64,000 nt of DNA, from contig OY969100.1 in NCBI GenBank assembly GCA_963697895.1, positions 416,001 to 480,000 on the forward strand, in the 5' to 3' direction. This document shows positions 51,912-63,179 of this stretch, in pieces. This stretch comes from an uncultured Methanomicrobiales archaeon (lineage in GTDB: Archaea > Halobacteriota > Methanomicrobia > Methanomicrobiales > Methanospirillaceae). Below the pieces are notes generated by a model. The model did not search any database and had not been told where the DNA came from. It saw only the letters and a program-made list of their open reading frames with translations. The position numbers were made by a program, and so were the translations under genes. The first letter of the stretch is position 1, and every line of letters starts with the position of its first letter.

Positions 51912-53746
51912 ATGACTCTTCCTGCCATCCTGCGGGGGCGGGAGGGAATATGGAACGCCGCGATCATCATTACCACCATTGCAGCATTGGGCGCAAACCT
52001 TGCAGGTCTTCTGGTCGGGTTCACCGTTGTGCTCCCGCACCTCTTGTACATCCCCGTGGTCATCACCTCGTACCGGTACCCGAGACAGGGGCTTCTCTTC
52101 GCCGTTTGCATCGGGGGGACCTATCTGCTGATGACCCTCCTGATCGGGGGCGGCACTCCGGCCATACTCGGGGAAGCGTTGGTCCGGACCGGTGTGGTGA
52201 TCGGGATCGGGTGGCTAATAGCAGCTCTTACCCGGCGGTTACGGGAAGAGGAAAACCTCTATCAGGGCCTTTTTGCTCACTCGGAAGCGGGAAGCGTGCT
52301 TTTCAGGGAATCAGAAAAAGAGCGGGAGATTGAGGAGGTAAATGAGAAGGCCGCGGAACTCCTCAGGGTGCGGCCGGAGGATCTGAGGGGTGGCCCTCTT
52401 ACCTTGTTCTGGGACTGGAAAGATCAGGAGAAGGTTTTCGGCCGCCTCGTGGGAAAGGGGAAGATCTCTGCAGAGGAGGCGGTCTTTTCTCTGCCCGAAG
52501 GAGGATCGCTCTCAGTACTCGTCTCCATCGCACCGGTCTCGACCAGTCGGGCGATCCTCACCTTCGTCGATATCACCCGTCGGGTTGCTGCCGAGCAGGC
52601 ACTCCAGAGTGCAAATGATAAATTAAGCCTCCTTGCCCGGATCTCTACAGACCATATCAGCCGGACGGCAAATGAGATCATCGGTACGGTCGATGAATTG
52701 GCGGTCGGAGTCAAAGATACAGAAACAGTCGGATGGATAGAGCGGATCCGGACACAGGCACGAACCCTCATCCGACAGATCTTCCTTACGGAGACGTATC
52801 AGTCGCTCGGCGCTTCTCCGCCGATCTGGATTCCGGTGGAAGAGGTGATCGAATCAGCCCGGCCTGCAGTAACGAACGGAAAAGTATCCTTTCGGTGCTG
52901 GGCAGAACGGCTCGAGATATATGCAGATCCGATATTTTCAGACGTCATCAACCATATTGTTGATAATTCATTCCGGCACGGCGGGAAAGTCAGTAATGTC
53001 GTGGTGACGTACCGGGCGATTGAAAGTGGCCTCCTTCTCACATTCGCGGACGACGGGATCGGGATCCCGTACGAACAGAAGGAGCGGATATTCGAGTACG
53101 ATGCCGGGGGGCATGCCGGGATCGGACTCTACATCTGCCGTCAGATCCTCGGGGTGACCGGGATGACCATCACCGAGAATGGAACGGAAGGAATTGGCGC
53201 CCGGTTCGTGATCCATGTCCCGAAGGGAAATTTTCGCATCGAAGGGACGGGCGACGAAGCTCCCCCCTCCCCCTTCCGTCCGGAGAAGAGATCCGGGGCG
53301 CCATCCATACATCCGGCACGAGGGTGCGGGAGCTGCTCTCGGCAGAGTTCCCCATCGCAGACAGGCTCTGGCTCGACTACCACGAGACGAAAGGGGATCC
53401 GAGGATCGACCGAATCTTCGCAGCCTTTCTGAACGGAGAGGCAGTCTCCCTCGCGCGATGTCGGCGGCACCAGGACGGACTGGAACTCGACGGCGTCTTT
53501 ACCCCCGTGAGCCACCGGGGCCATGGGTACGCGAACGCGGCGGTATGGGGCCTCGTCGAGGCCTGCGGGCAGGACCCGTTATTCATGCATTCGGTCCTGA
53601 ACCTCACCGGTTTTTACCGGCATTACGGTTTTGTCCCCATCGGCGAAGACGAACTCCCCCCCACCATCAGGGAGCGGTTTGCCTGGGCCGGGGGAGCGCT
53701 GGATGGGGCAAATGTCTCTCCGATGCGGCGGGATGCGGCCGAATAA
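51912..53746 (+). CDS. Membrane sensor: TM region, PAS-like domain, degenerate HisKA, HATPase and C-terminal GNAT (apparent fusion; one base missing near 53262-53273)
   Basis: VDNSFRHG, DDGIGI, GIGLY GHKL boxes; GNAT motif VFTPVSHRGHGYA in ORF 53324-53746, whose frame stays open upstream across the C-runs. Confidence 0.7.
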
Positions 53747-53826
53747 CTCGTGAAGGTCTTCTTTGTTAAGGGGTATTATGGCAATCTTAGTAAAAAAAAA
53801 ATTCTTTCCGATATGGAGGGAAAGAT

Positions 53827-54330
53827 TTACTTCGGCCCCTTTATCATCTTCGACCCGCGAAGGATTGCGATCTTTCCAGTCCTTACCAGTTCCTTGACCC
53901 CGTATTGCCTGAGGAGTGTCTCGATAGCGTCTATCTTTTCCGTATCTCCGGTAACCTCGAGGACGAGGGTCTTCGTCCCTGCGTCAACAATATTCGCGCG
54001 GAATATATCCGCAATCTGCATCACCTCTGCCCGGCTCGTCCCCGGCTCCGCCGCGACCTTGATCAGGGCCAGCTCGCGTTCAACCCGATCATTATCGGTC
54101 AGATCCGAGACCTTGATCACGTCGATCAGCTTGTTCAGCTGTTTCATGACCTGCTCGATCTGCTGATCATCCCCGATGCAAACGATCGTGATGCGGCTCA
54201 TCTCAGGCTCCTCGCAGGTGCCGACGGCGAGACTTTCGATGTTGAATCCCCGGCGCGAAAAGAGGCCCGTGACCCGGGACAGGACACCGGCCTTATTCTC
54301 GACGAGAACGCTCAGCGTATGCGGTTTCAT
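53827..54330 (-). CDS. ilvN: Acetolactate synthase small subunit
   Basis: LVENKAGVLSRVTGLFSRRGFNIESL, ELVRTG. Confidence 0.96.
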   Translation of the reverse strand: MKPHTLSVLVENKAGVLSRVTGLFSRRGFNIESLAVGTCEEPEMSRITIVCIGDDQQIEQVMKQLNKLIDVIKVSDLTDNDRVERELALIKVAAEPGTSRAEVMQIADIFRANIVDAGTKTLVLEVTGDTEKIDAIETLLRQYGVKELVRTGKIAILRGSKMIKGPK

Positions 54331-56005
54331 CAGTCACCACCTCCGATCATCTCGTTGACCGCCGCACCCGGCTGGAACGATCGGGAAGACATTTTCTTCC
54401 CGGGTTATCCGGAAATCGAGCACAAAGGGTCCATCTGTCTCAATTGCCGTCTTCAGGGCAGGGAGGACTTCGTCACGCGATTCCACCCGTATCCCCGGAA
54501 CCTCGTATGCGTTCGCGATCTTGACGAAGTCGACGGCCGGCAGCTCGGTATAGGAATACCTCCGGTCGTAGAAGAGCTCCTGCCACTGTCTCACCATGCC
54601 GAGGAACTGGTTGTTCAGTATTGCGACCTTTACGGGGATCTGGTAATGGGACACCGTCCCGAGCTCCTGTATATTCATCTGGAAACTCCCGTCACCCGCG
54701 ATATCGAAGACCACCTCATCAGGCCTGGCATAGTGAGCACCCATTGCTGCCGGGAACCCGTACCCCATGGTGCCGAGTCCCCCCGAAGTGATCCAGGTCC
54801 GTGGTTTACGGAATCCGTACCACTGTGCCGTCCACATCTGGTTCTGACCAACCTCACTGACAATGATCCCTTCTCCCTTAAGCAGCGCCGAGAGCTGCTG
54901 GATGATGTATTGCGGCCGTAACTCACTGTCGTCTTTGTACCGAAGCGGATGCTTCGTCTTCCACGTCCTGACCCGGTCCAGCCATGGATCGATCCGGTTA
55001 TTCCGGGCGATCTTTGCGAGCATATCTGTCAGAACAGACTTTATATCACCGACGATCGGGATATCGACCCGTCTTATTCTTCCCAATCTCCGCAGGGTCG
55101 ATATCGATGTGGATGATCTCCGCCTGTGGAGCAAAGGTGTCCACATTCCCGGTCACCCGATCATCGAACCGGACCCCGATCGCGATCAGGCAGTCACATT
55201 CGGTGACTGCAAAGTTGGCATACGCGGTGCCGTGCATGCCGAGCATACCGAGGTTCAGCGGGTGATCGCAGGGCATTGCACCGAGCCCCATGAGGGTTGT
55301 CGTCACCGGTATGAGCATCCGGTCCGCCAGTTCGACCAGTTCGGACGATGCCCCGGAACCGATCACTCCGCCACCGGCGTAGATGAGCGGACGTTCAGCG
55401 CGGTTGATCAGGTCGATTGCTTTCTCGATCTGTTTTGCATGCCCGCGGTAGGTGGGTTGGTATCCCCGGAGGGATACCCGTTCCGGGCTGGGATCCTCGT
55501 GGACAATCTGGCGGGAACTGACATCCTTCGGAAGGTCGATGAGTACCGGCCCCTGCCTCCCGGTACTTGCAATATAAAATGCCTCCTTTACAACCCGTGG
55601 CAGATCTTCCGTCCTCTTCACCAGATAGTTATGTTTGGTGATCGGGAGCGTGATACCGGTGATGTCCGCTTCCTGGAAGGCGTCATTTCCGAGGAGGGTA
55701 GTCGGCACCTGGCCAGTGATCGCAACAATCGGGATAGAGTCCATATACGCGGTTGCAATCCCGGTAACCAGGTTGCACGCCCCGGGCCCTGAAGTTGCCA
55801 GACATACCCCGACCCGGCCACTTGCACGGGCGAACCCGTCCGCGGCGTGGGCAGCCGCCTGCTCGTGCCTGACCAGGATATGACGTACAGGAGAGTTATA
55901 GAGTTCATCATAGATGGGCAGCACTACCCCGCCCGGATAACCGAAAATGGTTTCCACACCCTCTCGCTGCAGGCTTTCAATCAGGATTTTTGCTCCGGTC
56001 TTCAT
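54330..56005 (-). CDS. ilvB: Acetolactate synthase large subunit (extra bases near 55072 and 54368)
   Basis: [23 protein letters not shown] ThDP motif; the corrected frame ends in a TGATG overlap with ilvN. Confidence 0.93.
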
Positions 56006-57485
56006 CCTCTTCCCTCAGTAGTCTGTTCATGCCGGCGATCACCGCCTCAACGCTTGCCATGATGATGTCGGTACGGGCGCCGCGAGACGTAATTATCTTC
56101 CCGTCTTTACTTAATCTTACCGTTACATCGACCAGCGCGTCCGTTCCCCCGCTTATTGCGTCCACATGATATTCTTCCAGCCGGATATCTGCGACATCGG
56201 CGACAGACTTCCGTAACGCTTCCATTGCGGCGTCCACCGGCCCGGCACCGGTCGCTGCGCCGGTTATCTCCTCATCTTTAACCACGAGCGTTACCGATGC
56301 AGTGGGTATCACATTACTCCCGGATACGACCGTAAACTGTTTCATCGTGAGAACCGGCCTGCTTTCGATAGAGAGGACGGCGTCTGCGATTGCGAGGAGA
56401 TCGGTATCCGTCACCCGCTTTCCTGCGTCCCCCAGCTGTTTGATTCTTTTCAAAATCTCTTTCAGCTGGTTGTCGTCTGGCCGATAGCTCATCTCACTGA
56501 GTGCGGCCTCGACCGAGGCGGATCCCGAGTGTTTCCCGAGCATGATCCGACGTTTCCTTCCGATCAGTTCAGGATTCACCGGTTCATAGGTACTTGGTTC
56601 CCGGAGCACACCGTGCGCATGAACCCCGCTCTCGTGGGTGAACGCCATCTCGCCAACGATCGCCTTGTTGATCGGCAGCGGTACCCCGGTCAACCGCGAG
56701 ACCAGGGTTGAAAGATGGTAAATCTCGCCAGTTACAATCCCGGTCCGATATCCGTACAGGATCTCAAGGGCCATGACGAGCTCTTCGAATGCGGTATTTC
56801 CCGCCCGCTCTCCCAGACCGTTCACCGTCGTATGGGCACAGGTTGCCCCTGCCCTGAGTGCTGCAACGGATGTCGCGAGACCGAACCCGAGGTCGTCATG
56901 GCAATGGATTGAAAGCGGCGCAATACAGAGACGCGGGATAATCTCGAGCGCCCGTTCCGGTGTCAGCAGGCCGACCGTATCGCAGAAGCAGAGACGATCG
57001 GCCCCCCGTTCTATGCCACCGCTAAAGATCTCGGAGAGAAATTCAGGATCTGCACGGGAGGCGTCCTCCCCACTGAATTCAACGATCAGTCCCCTGCCCT
57101 TCGCATATTCCACCGCCTTGTACGCCATATCGCAGACTTCCGGACGGGTTTTCCGGAGCTTTTTCCCGATATGGAGATCGCTGACCGGGACCACGAGATG
57201 AATGGAATCTGCCCCGTAGTCTGCGGCATAATCGATGTCCTGGTTCAGGGCCCGGACATACGTACAGCATTCGGCGGAGAGGCCCGCGTCAGAGATGAGC
57301 CGGATCGCTTCCCGTTCCCCTTCAGAGGAAGCGGCTGAGCCGACCTCAATGACCTGAACACCGATGTCCGCGAGTTTCGATGCGATTTCAAGTTTTTCGA
57401 CGGGGTTTAACGATACGCCCGGTGTCTGTTCACCATCCCGGAGGGTGGTGTCAAAAAAACGAATCTTTTCAGAGAATAAAACGAT
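55977..57485 (-). CDS. cimA: (R)-citramalate synthase (IPMS family); no canonical in-frame start codon
   Basis: Frame open from 57488: [24 protein letters not shown]...[33 protein letters not shown]; upstream of ilvBN. Confidence 0.85.
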   Translation of the reverse strand: MVLFSEKIRFFDTTLRDGEQTPGVSLNPVEKLEIASKLADIGVQVIEVGSAASSEGEREAIRLISDAGLSAECCTYVRALNQDIDYAADYGADSIHLVVPVSDLHIGKKLRKTRPEVCDMAYKAVEYAKGRGLIVEFSGEDASRADPEFLSEIFSGGIERGADRLCFCDTVGLLTPERALEIIPRLCIAPLSIHCHDDLGFGLATSVAALRAGATCAHTTVNGLGERAGNTAFEELVMALEILYGYRTGIVTGEIYHLSTLVSRLTGVPLPINKAIVGEMAFTHESGVHAHGVLREPSTYEPVNPELIGRKRRIMLGKHSGSASVEAALSEMSYRPDDNQLKEILKRIKQLGDAGKRVTDTDLLAIADAVLSIESRPVLTMKQFTVVSGSNVIPTASVTLVVKDEEITGAATGAGPVDAAMEALRKSVADVADIRLEEYHVDAISGGTDALVDVTVRLSKDGKIITSRGARTDIIMASVEAVIAGMNRLLREEDEDRSKNPD

Positions 57486-57528
57486 CTGTCATGGTTATTC
57501 CATCACAAGAGAACGTTGGAGACCAGAG

Positions 57529-57536
57529 TATATAAA
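57529..57536 (-). promoter_or_regulatory. TATA box of the cimA-ilvB-ilvN operon
   Basis: TTTATATA on the minus strand about 40 nt upstream of the leader ATG 57492. Confidence 0.65.
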
Positions 57537-57601
57537 ATCGTGTATTTCCCCCGTTGTCTTCCCGGTCACACGCATCTGAAAATGTATAATAACGTTTATT
57601 G

Positions 57602-57985
57602 TCATTGGGGTTTTATCGCCCTTGCATCGGTCTTTTTTGCTGTGGTATACGCATCGTATATTGTATAGATCCAGAATATCGGATATATGATATAAATCCA
57701 GGATATCGGATACACGTACCCGACAAAGATAAGGATGGCGAACAGGAGGAAAACGGCGATAAAAACGAAACCGACACCCTTAACGATCTGTCCATTATAG
57801 ATCTGCCCAAGACCCGGAATCACGAAGGACAATATTGCCGAAATTACCGGGTTTTTCACCTTCGGAAACTTGACATCGACCCCACATTTCGGGCATGTTC
57901 CGCCATGTTTATCGATCTCCTCACCGCAAATTTCACAGAAATCCCGGATATGTTCCTCTGCCATGTATTCTCCCGGATCAATCAT
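57602..57985 (-). CDS. Zinc-ribbon plus TM2-like membrane protein
   Basis: FCEICG...CPKCG, KNPVISAILSFVIPGLGQIYNG, DAYTTA. Confidence 0.85.
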   Translation of the reverse strand: MIDPGEYMAEEHIRDFCEICGEEIDKHGGTCPKCGVDVKFPKVKNPVISAILSFVIPGLGQIYNGQIVKGVGFVFIAVFLLFAILIFVGYVYPISWIYIIYPIFWIYTIYDAYTTAKKTDARAIKPQ

Positions 57986-58040
57986 GGAATGGGATACACT
58001 TAAGGGTTCTGGACTGTCTTCTGCCTAAAACAGGGTGGGG

Positions 58041-58745
58041 TCATCCCTGGTCCTGAGCAAAGTCGGGGAGTCCTTCGTTGTAGACGAGCGTGATATATCG
58101 TGCTTCAAAGAGAATGAACGGGGGCAGGGCGATGAGTAATACAATCCATCCGATGACCGGCACGATCAGGAAGAGCTCGACGATGAAGATATAAACGAAA
58201 CTGATTATCCAGAGAATGATCAGTGCAGCAATATAGGGCCACCATCCGATCCGGTGGATCTGGTCAGCGATCTCCGAAAGATTGAAGCCCTCCCGGAATC
58301 GTTCGGTTCGGGCCAGTCTTACCAGTCCTATCGTTGAAATGAGGGATATTATCACCGAAAGAATGAGAGCGATGGCCAGGCCGATAAACAGCCCGATCAG
58401 GAGTGTGGTCACGAAACCCTGCTGGGAAAGCAGGTACTCCCAGTTTTCTGTGGTGACCACAGGGATAAGCGGCAGGATTGTTATACCGATCGTGGTAAAA
58501 ATGACGATCATCACCGGGATTGCATAGATAAGCCCGGCGAAAAAAAGTTTCAGGCCATTGATAAAGAGCCCTCCCTCTTCGAACCGTGGAGCAGGCTGTT
58601 CGTCCCTATAGATCCGTGCGATATATCCCAGGATCAATGGAAAGATGAAGACGCTCATGATGAGGAGAAGCCATCGTTCCCATCTTCCCCAGAGGGCCTG
58701 CTTCGCATATTCATACGATTCGCTGATCAATCGTCCGTATTCCAT
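58041..58745 (-). CDS. DUF4013 family membrane protein
   Basis: ESYEYAK...WERWLLLI, GYIARIYR, LFINGLK, IGWWPY. Confidence 0.82.
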   Translation of the reverse strand: MEYGRLISESYEYAKQALWGRWERWLLLIMSVFIFPLILGYIARIYRDEQPAPRFEEGGLFINGLKLFFAGLIYAIPVMIVIFTTIGITILPLIPVVTTENWEYLLSQQGFVTTLLIGLFIGLAIALILSVIISLISTIGLVRLARTERFREGFNLSEIADQIHRIGWWPYIAALIILWIISFVYIFIVELFLIVPVIGWIVLLIALPPFILFEARYITLVYNEGLPDFAQDQG

Positions 58746-58907
58746 CGGTTCACCGTGCGGGATAGGTATGCAGGCAGCACATTAAGCATTTCCGCCTGCT
58801 TGTTATGTCTTTCCTCCAAATGTGGAGGTTTTTTTCACCAGGGATGTTGCTCGTCAACGGGGATGGGTATTCCGAGGGGATTCATCCCGTTCGGGGAAAT
58901 ATCCGGT

Positions 58908-60392
58908 TCAATGCCTGAAATATCGGATCCCGGTGAAGACCATTGCCATATCGAGCCGGTTTGCGGCAGCAATTACCTCATTATCCCGGATAGATCCACC
59001 CGGCTGGACGAGCGCGGTAGCACCCGCGGCTGCTGCGATCTCGAGCGTGTCCGGGAAGGGGAGAAAGGCATCGGAAGCAACCACCGATCCGGTCAGAGGT
59101 TCGAGGGCCTTGTCGATCGCGATCGCAGCGGCATCCACCCGGCTCATCTGGCCCGCGCCAATCCCGAGTGTCCTGGTTTCGCTGGAGAAGATGATCGCGT
59201 TGGATCGTGTATGTTTGCAGACCTTCCATGCCAACTGCATAGCCCGGAGTTCAGCAGGCGTTGCATCCCGATCGGTGATGACCCTCCAGTGTTCCCGATA
59301 CGGAGGTGTCCGCTGCACCAGTACACCGCCGTCGATCGTACGCAGCTCATCCTGTTCTTCCGGATGAGGCAGAGTAAGAACCCGCATATTTTCCTTTTTC
59401 CGCATAATCTCACGGGCATCGGCGGAGTAAGACGGGGCTGCAACCACCTCCACGAAGGTCGAACAGATCTCAGCAGCGCATGCCGCGTCTACTTCATTGT
59501 TCAACGCCACGACGGAACCGTACGCCGAGACTGGATCCGCCGTCCGGGCATCGATATAAGCGCGGGTCACCGGCTCTCCGATCGCGACCCCACAGGGGTT
59601 GTTATGCTTGACGATCACCGCACACGGTTCATCGAACTCGCGGATCAGCCTGCACGAAGCATTCAGATCCAGGTAATTATTATAGGACATCTGCTTTCCC
59701 TGTATGAGCTGCTGGCGTGCCAGTCCGTATTCACCATAAATCGCCGCCTGCTGGTGCGGGTTCTCACCGTACCGCAGCTGCCTGCCATTCCGAAACTGAA
59801 CCGTATAAACATTCGGGAACAGCGATCCACGACTGTGGAGGTAGTTGCTGATCGCAGCGTCATACCCGGCAGTACAGGCAAATGCCTTCATGGCAAGTGA
59901 AAACCGTTGATCCGGGGAGAACTCTCCCGCATCGAGAGCTTCTTTTACCAGCGGATAGTCGGCCGTATCCGTGATCACCGCGACGTCCCGGTAATTTTTC
60001 GCTGCAGCCCGAATCATGGCCGGTCCGCCTACGTCCACGAACTCGATCAGTTCATCCAGATCCATTCCCTGTGAAGCCATCTGTTCGAACGGGTAGAGAT
60101 TGACCACAAGCAGGTCGATGGGAACGATCCCCTCGGACTCCATGATTGCATCGTCGACCCCCCGCCTCCCGAGGAGCCCGCCATGGATCTTCGGGTGGAG
60201 TGTCTTAACCCGTCCGCCCATCATCTCCGGTGAACCGGTATATTCGCCTACATCGGTGAATGGTATCCCGGCTTCACGGAGGGCCTGCCCGGTTCCTCCC
60301 GAAGAGAAGATCCCGACCGAATGGGTGGCGAGGGACTGTGCAAGTTCGACAATCCCCTCTTTTTCCCAGACCGATAATAGTGCCCACTTCAT
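58908..60392 (-). CDS. purH: Bifunctional AICAR transformylase/IMP cyclohydrolase
   Basis: GRVKTLHP, VDVGGP, RYGENPHQ, KHNNPCG, GAGQMSR, ASDAFLPF, RYFRH. Confidence 0.96.
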   Translation of the reverse strand: MKWALLSVWEKEGIVELAQSLATHSVGIFSSGGTGQALREAGIPFTDVGEYTGSPEMMGGRVKTLHPKIHGGLLGRRGVDDAIMESEGIVPIDLLVVNLYPFEQMASQGMDLDELIEFVDVGGPAMIRAAAKNYRDVAVITDTADYPLVKEALDAGEFSPDQRFSLAMKAFACTAGYDAAISNYLHSRGSLFPNVYTVQFRNGRQLRYGENPHQQAAIYGEYGLARQQLIQGKQMSYNNYLDLNASCRLIREFDEPCAVIVKHNNPCGVAIGEPVTRAYIDARTADPVSAYGSVVALNNEVDAACAAEICSTFVEVVAAPSYSADAREIMRKKENMRVLTLPHPEEQDELRTIDGGVLVQRTPPYREHWRVITDRDATPAELRAMQLAWKVCKHTRSNAIIFSSETRTLGIGAGQMSRVDAAAIAIDKALEPLTGSVVASDAFLPFPDTLEIAAAAGATALVQPGGSIRDNEVIAAANRLDMAMVFTGIRYFRH

Positions 60393-60751
60393 AGTCACGT
60401 ATTATTCACGGCACCATATGAATCATCTGCGGTGATCCCCTGATAAAGTCCCGGTCATTCGCATAGAACGGAGTATCGCACAACCTGCCGGTTGCGGTTT
60501 ATGGATGGGATCGCCTTCCTTACGGAATACGATCATGCCTGTAAATTTTCCCGGATATCCGTAACCGACCATTTCCTCAAATGCTCCGATGATTTCCGGT
60601 AAATCCAGATACCCTGGAAAGAACGGGCAGGGAATATGCCGGGCATCCGGTGTGATTTAAAAACTGCAGTTTACGATTTTTACCCCAGTTTTAATCCTAA
60701 AATGCAAAACGGACAGATATAAACAGGTGAATGATTTGAGATTATAATTAG

Positions 60752-60775
60752 TTATATATAGAACCACAATACAAT
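60752..60775 (+). promoter_or_regulatory. grpE-dnaK-dnaJ promoter: TATA plus candidate heat-shock element
   Basis: TTATATATAGAA-CCA-CAAT-A-CAAT; matches the thermosome promoter. Confidence 0.65.
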
Positions 60776-60791
60776 AGATATTCGATCGCCT

Positions 60792-61325
60792 ATGGTTTAT
60801 CCAACGGAGGAAGTTCCAGAAGACCGGAACAGCCAAAAAATTGACGTTCCGACCGGGGATCAGGAAGGATCGCCCTTCCCTGAAGAGGAAGAACTGGAAA
60901 AGAGGTATGGTGACCTGAACGACCGGTTCCTTCGTCTCGCGGCGGATTTTGACAACTTTAAACGGAGGACCGCACGTGACATCGATGCGCAGGCCCGGTC
61001 GGCGGTCGAGCGTCTTGTGGTGGAGCTGCTTGAGGTGATGGATAACTTTGACCGTGCGGCGAAACTGGAGGAAGTATCTTCGTCCCGTGAAGGAATGGAC
61101 CAGATACGCAAACTCTTCACAACAATCCTTGAAAGACATGGTATCCGGCAGATCGAGGCGGTTGGCAAGAAATTTAACCCGGTTGAACATGAGGCAGTCC
61201 TCTCCATGCCATCCCCCGAGGAAGAGGGCATGGTCATTGAAGAGGTTTGTCGCGGGTATTGCCTCGATCAGAAGGTGATACGGTGTGCAAAGGTCGTTGT
61301 ATCGAGGGGAAAGGAGTGTGATTGA
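60792..61325 (+). CDS. grpE: Nucleotide exchange factor GrpE
   Basis: [25 protein letters not shown]...VIRCAKVVV. Confidence 0.96.
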   Translation: MVYPTEEVPEDRNSQKIDVPTGDQEGSPFPEEEELEKRYGDLNDRFLRLAADFDNFKRRTARDIDAQARSAVERLVVELLEVMDNFDRAAKLEEVSSSREGMDQIRKLFTTILERHGIRQIEAVGKKFNPVEHEAVLSMPSPEEEGMVIEEVCRGYCLDQKVIRCAKVVVSRGKECD

Positions 61326-61327
61326 TT

Positions 61328-63175
61328 ATGGCAAAAGACAAAGTTTTAGGAATTGATCTGGGAACGACGTTCTCATGTATGGCAATTATGGAGGCTGGAA
61401 AGCCGATCGTGATTCCGAATGCGGAGGGTGGTCGCATTACGCCGTCGGTCGTCGCATTCACCAAGGATGGTGAACGATTGGTCGGGAATCTGGCAAAGAG
61501 GCAGGCGGTAACAAACCCCCAGAGGACGGTCCAGTCAATCAAACGAAAGATGGGGACAAGCGAGAAGATCAGCATCGATGACAAGAAGTATTCTCCCCAA
61601 GAGATCTCGGCCATGATCCTCCAGAAGATGAAGATCGATGCCGAAGCATATCTCGGAGAAAAGATCACAAAGGCGGTCATTACTGTCCCGGCCTATTTCA
61701 ACGACGCACAACGGCAGGCGACCAAGGATGCAGGCCAGATCGCGGGCCTTGAAGTGCTCCGGATCATCAACGAACCCACGGCGAGCGCCCTCGCCTACGG
61801 AATCGACAAAGAGCAGGAAGCCACCATCCTCGTCTACGATCTCGGAGGGGGGACTTTCGATGTCTCGATTCTGAACCTCGGAGACGGGGTATTCGAGGTC
61901 AAATCGACGGCAGGGAACAATCGTCTCGGGGGGGATGATATGGACGCACGGGTGATGGAATATCTGATCTCCGAATTCAAAAAGAAGGAAGGGATCGATC
62001 TCCATAACGACCCGATCGCGATGCAGCGGTTACGCGACGCATCAGAAAACGCAAAAATTGAGCTCTCGCAGAAACAGAAGACCAACATCAACCTCCCATA
62101 TATTACCACAGGGCCCACGGGACCGAAATTCCTGGACGTCGACCTGACCCGGGCGAAGCTCGAGCAGTTGATCGGAGATCTCGTGGAGATGACCGTAGGT
62201 CCGGTAAAGCAGGCATTGAGCGATGCTAAGCTTACCGCTGCTGATATCGACCACGTACTCCTCGTTGGGGGTTCCACCCGCGTGCCCCTGGTCCAGGAGA
62301 CCGTGAAGCGTCTCCTCGACAAGGAACCGGACAAAGGGATAAACCCGGATGAATGTGTAGCTCTCGGAGCGGCAATCCAGGGAGCGGTGCTTACCGGAGA
62401 GGCGAAGGATATCGTCCTCCTCGATGTCACTCCCCTGACCCTGGGCATCGAGACGCTCGGTGGTATTGCGACCAAACTGATCGATCGGAATACCACAATT
62501 CCAACAAGGAAAAGCCAGATATTTTCAACGGCTGCGGACAGCCAGACCAGTGTCGAGATCCATGTGGTCCAGGGCGAACGAGCGCTTGCGAAGGATAATT
62601 TTACGCTCGGAAGATTCCAGCTTACGGGTATTCCTCCAGCCCCGAGAGGCATTCCCCAGATCGAAGTCACGTTCGATATCGACGCAAACGGGATCATCCA
62701 TGTTTCGGCAAAGGACCTGGGGACCGGGAATCAGCAGGCAATCACTATTAAAGGTGACCGGAAACTTTCCGAGGATGAGATCAAACGGATGGTTGAGGAC
62801 TCCAGGAAGTTTGAACAGGAAGACAAAAATCGTAAGGAAGAGATCGAGATCCGTAACCTTGCTGATACGGCGATCTTTACCGCGGAGAAGCTGCAAAAAG
62901 AGAGTGGGGAAAAGATCGATGCAGATGACCGCCAAAAGATCGAGGAAGGCATTGCAGCAGTCAGGAAGTCGCTCGAATCAGATATAACGGAGGAAATTAA
63001 AAAATCAATGGATTCCCTGACAGAAACGGTGTATGCGGTGACCACAAAGATCTATCAGAAGGTGCAGGCGGAACAGCAGGCACAAGCGGGTTCAACTGCG
63101 GGTTCCGGCGGCTCGCAGTCATCAGATCGGGATGATACTGTTGTTGACGCCGACTATACCGTAAAAGACGAGTGA
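61328..63175 (+). CDS. dnaK: Chaperone DnaK (Hsp70)
   Basis: [29 protein letters not shown]. Confidence 0.98.
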   Translation: MAKDKVLGIDLGTTFSCMAIMEAGKPIVIPNAEGGRITPSVVAFTKDGERLVGNLAKRQAVTNPQRTVQSIKRKMGTSEKISIDDKKYSPQEISAMILQKMKIDAEAYLGEKITKAVITVPAYFNDAQRQATKDAGQIAGLEVLRIINEPTASALAYGIDKEQEATILVYDLGGGTFDVSILNLGDGVFEVKSTAGNNRLGGDDMDARVMEYLISEFKKKEGIDLHNDPIAMQRLRDASENAKIELSQKQKTNINLPYITTGPTGPKFLDVDLTRAKLEQLIGDLVEMTVGPVKQALSDAKLTAADIDHVLLVGGSTRVPLVQETVKRLLDKEPDKGINPDECVALGAAIQGAVLTGEAKDIVLLDVTPLTLGIETLGGIATKLIDRNTTIPTRKSQIFSTAADSQTSVEIHVVQGERALAKDNFTLGRFQLTGIPPAPRGIPQIEVTFDIDANGIIHVSAKDLGTGNQQAITIKGDRKLSEDEIKRMVEDSRKFEQEDKNRKEEIEIRNLADTAIFTAEKLQKESGEKIDADDRQKIEEGIAAVRKSLESDITEEIKKSMDSLTETVYAVTTKIYQKVQAEQQAQAGSTAGSGGSQSSDRDDTVVDADYTVKDE

Positions 63176-63179
63176 GCAG

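Noticed and set aside
42094-53800. Genomic island integrated at tRNA-Ser
   Set aside because: Accessory-looking genes follow the tRNA, but I saw no integrase or transposase and no duplicate of the tRNA 3' end.
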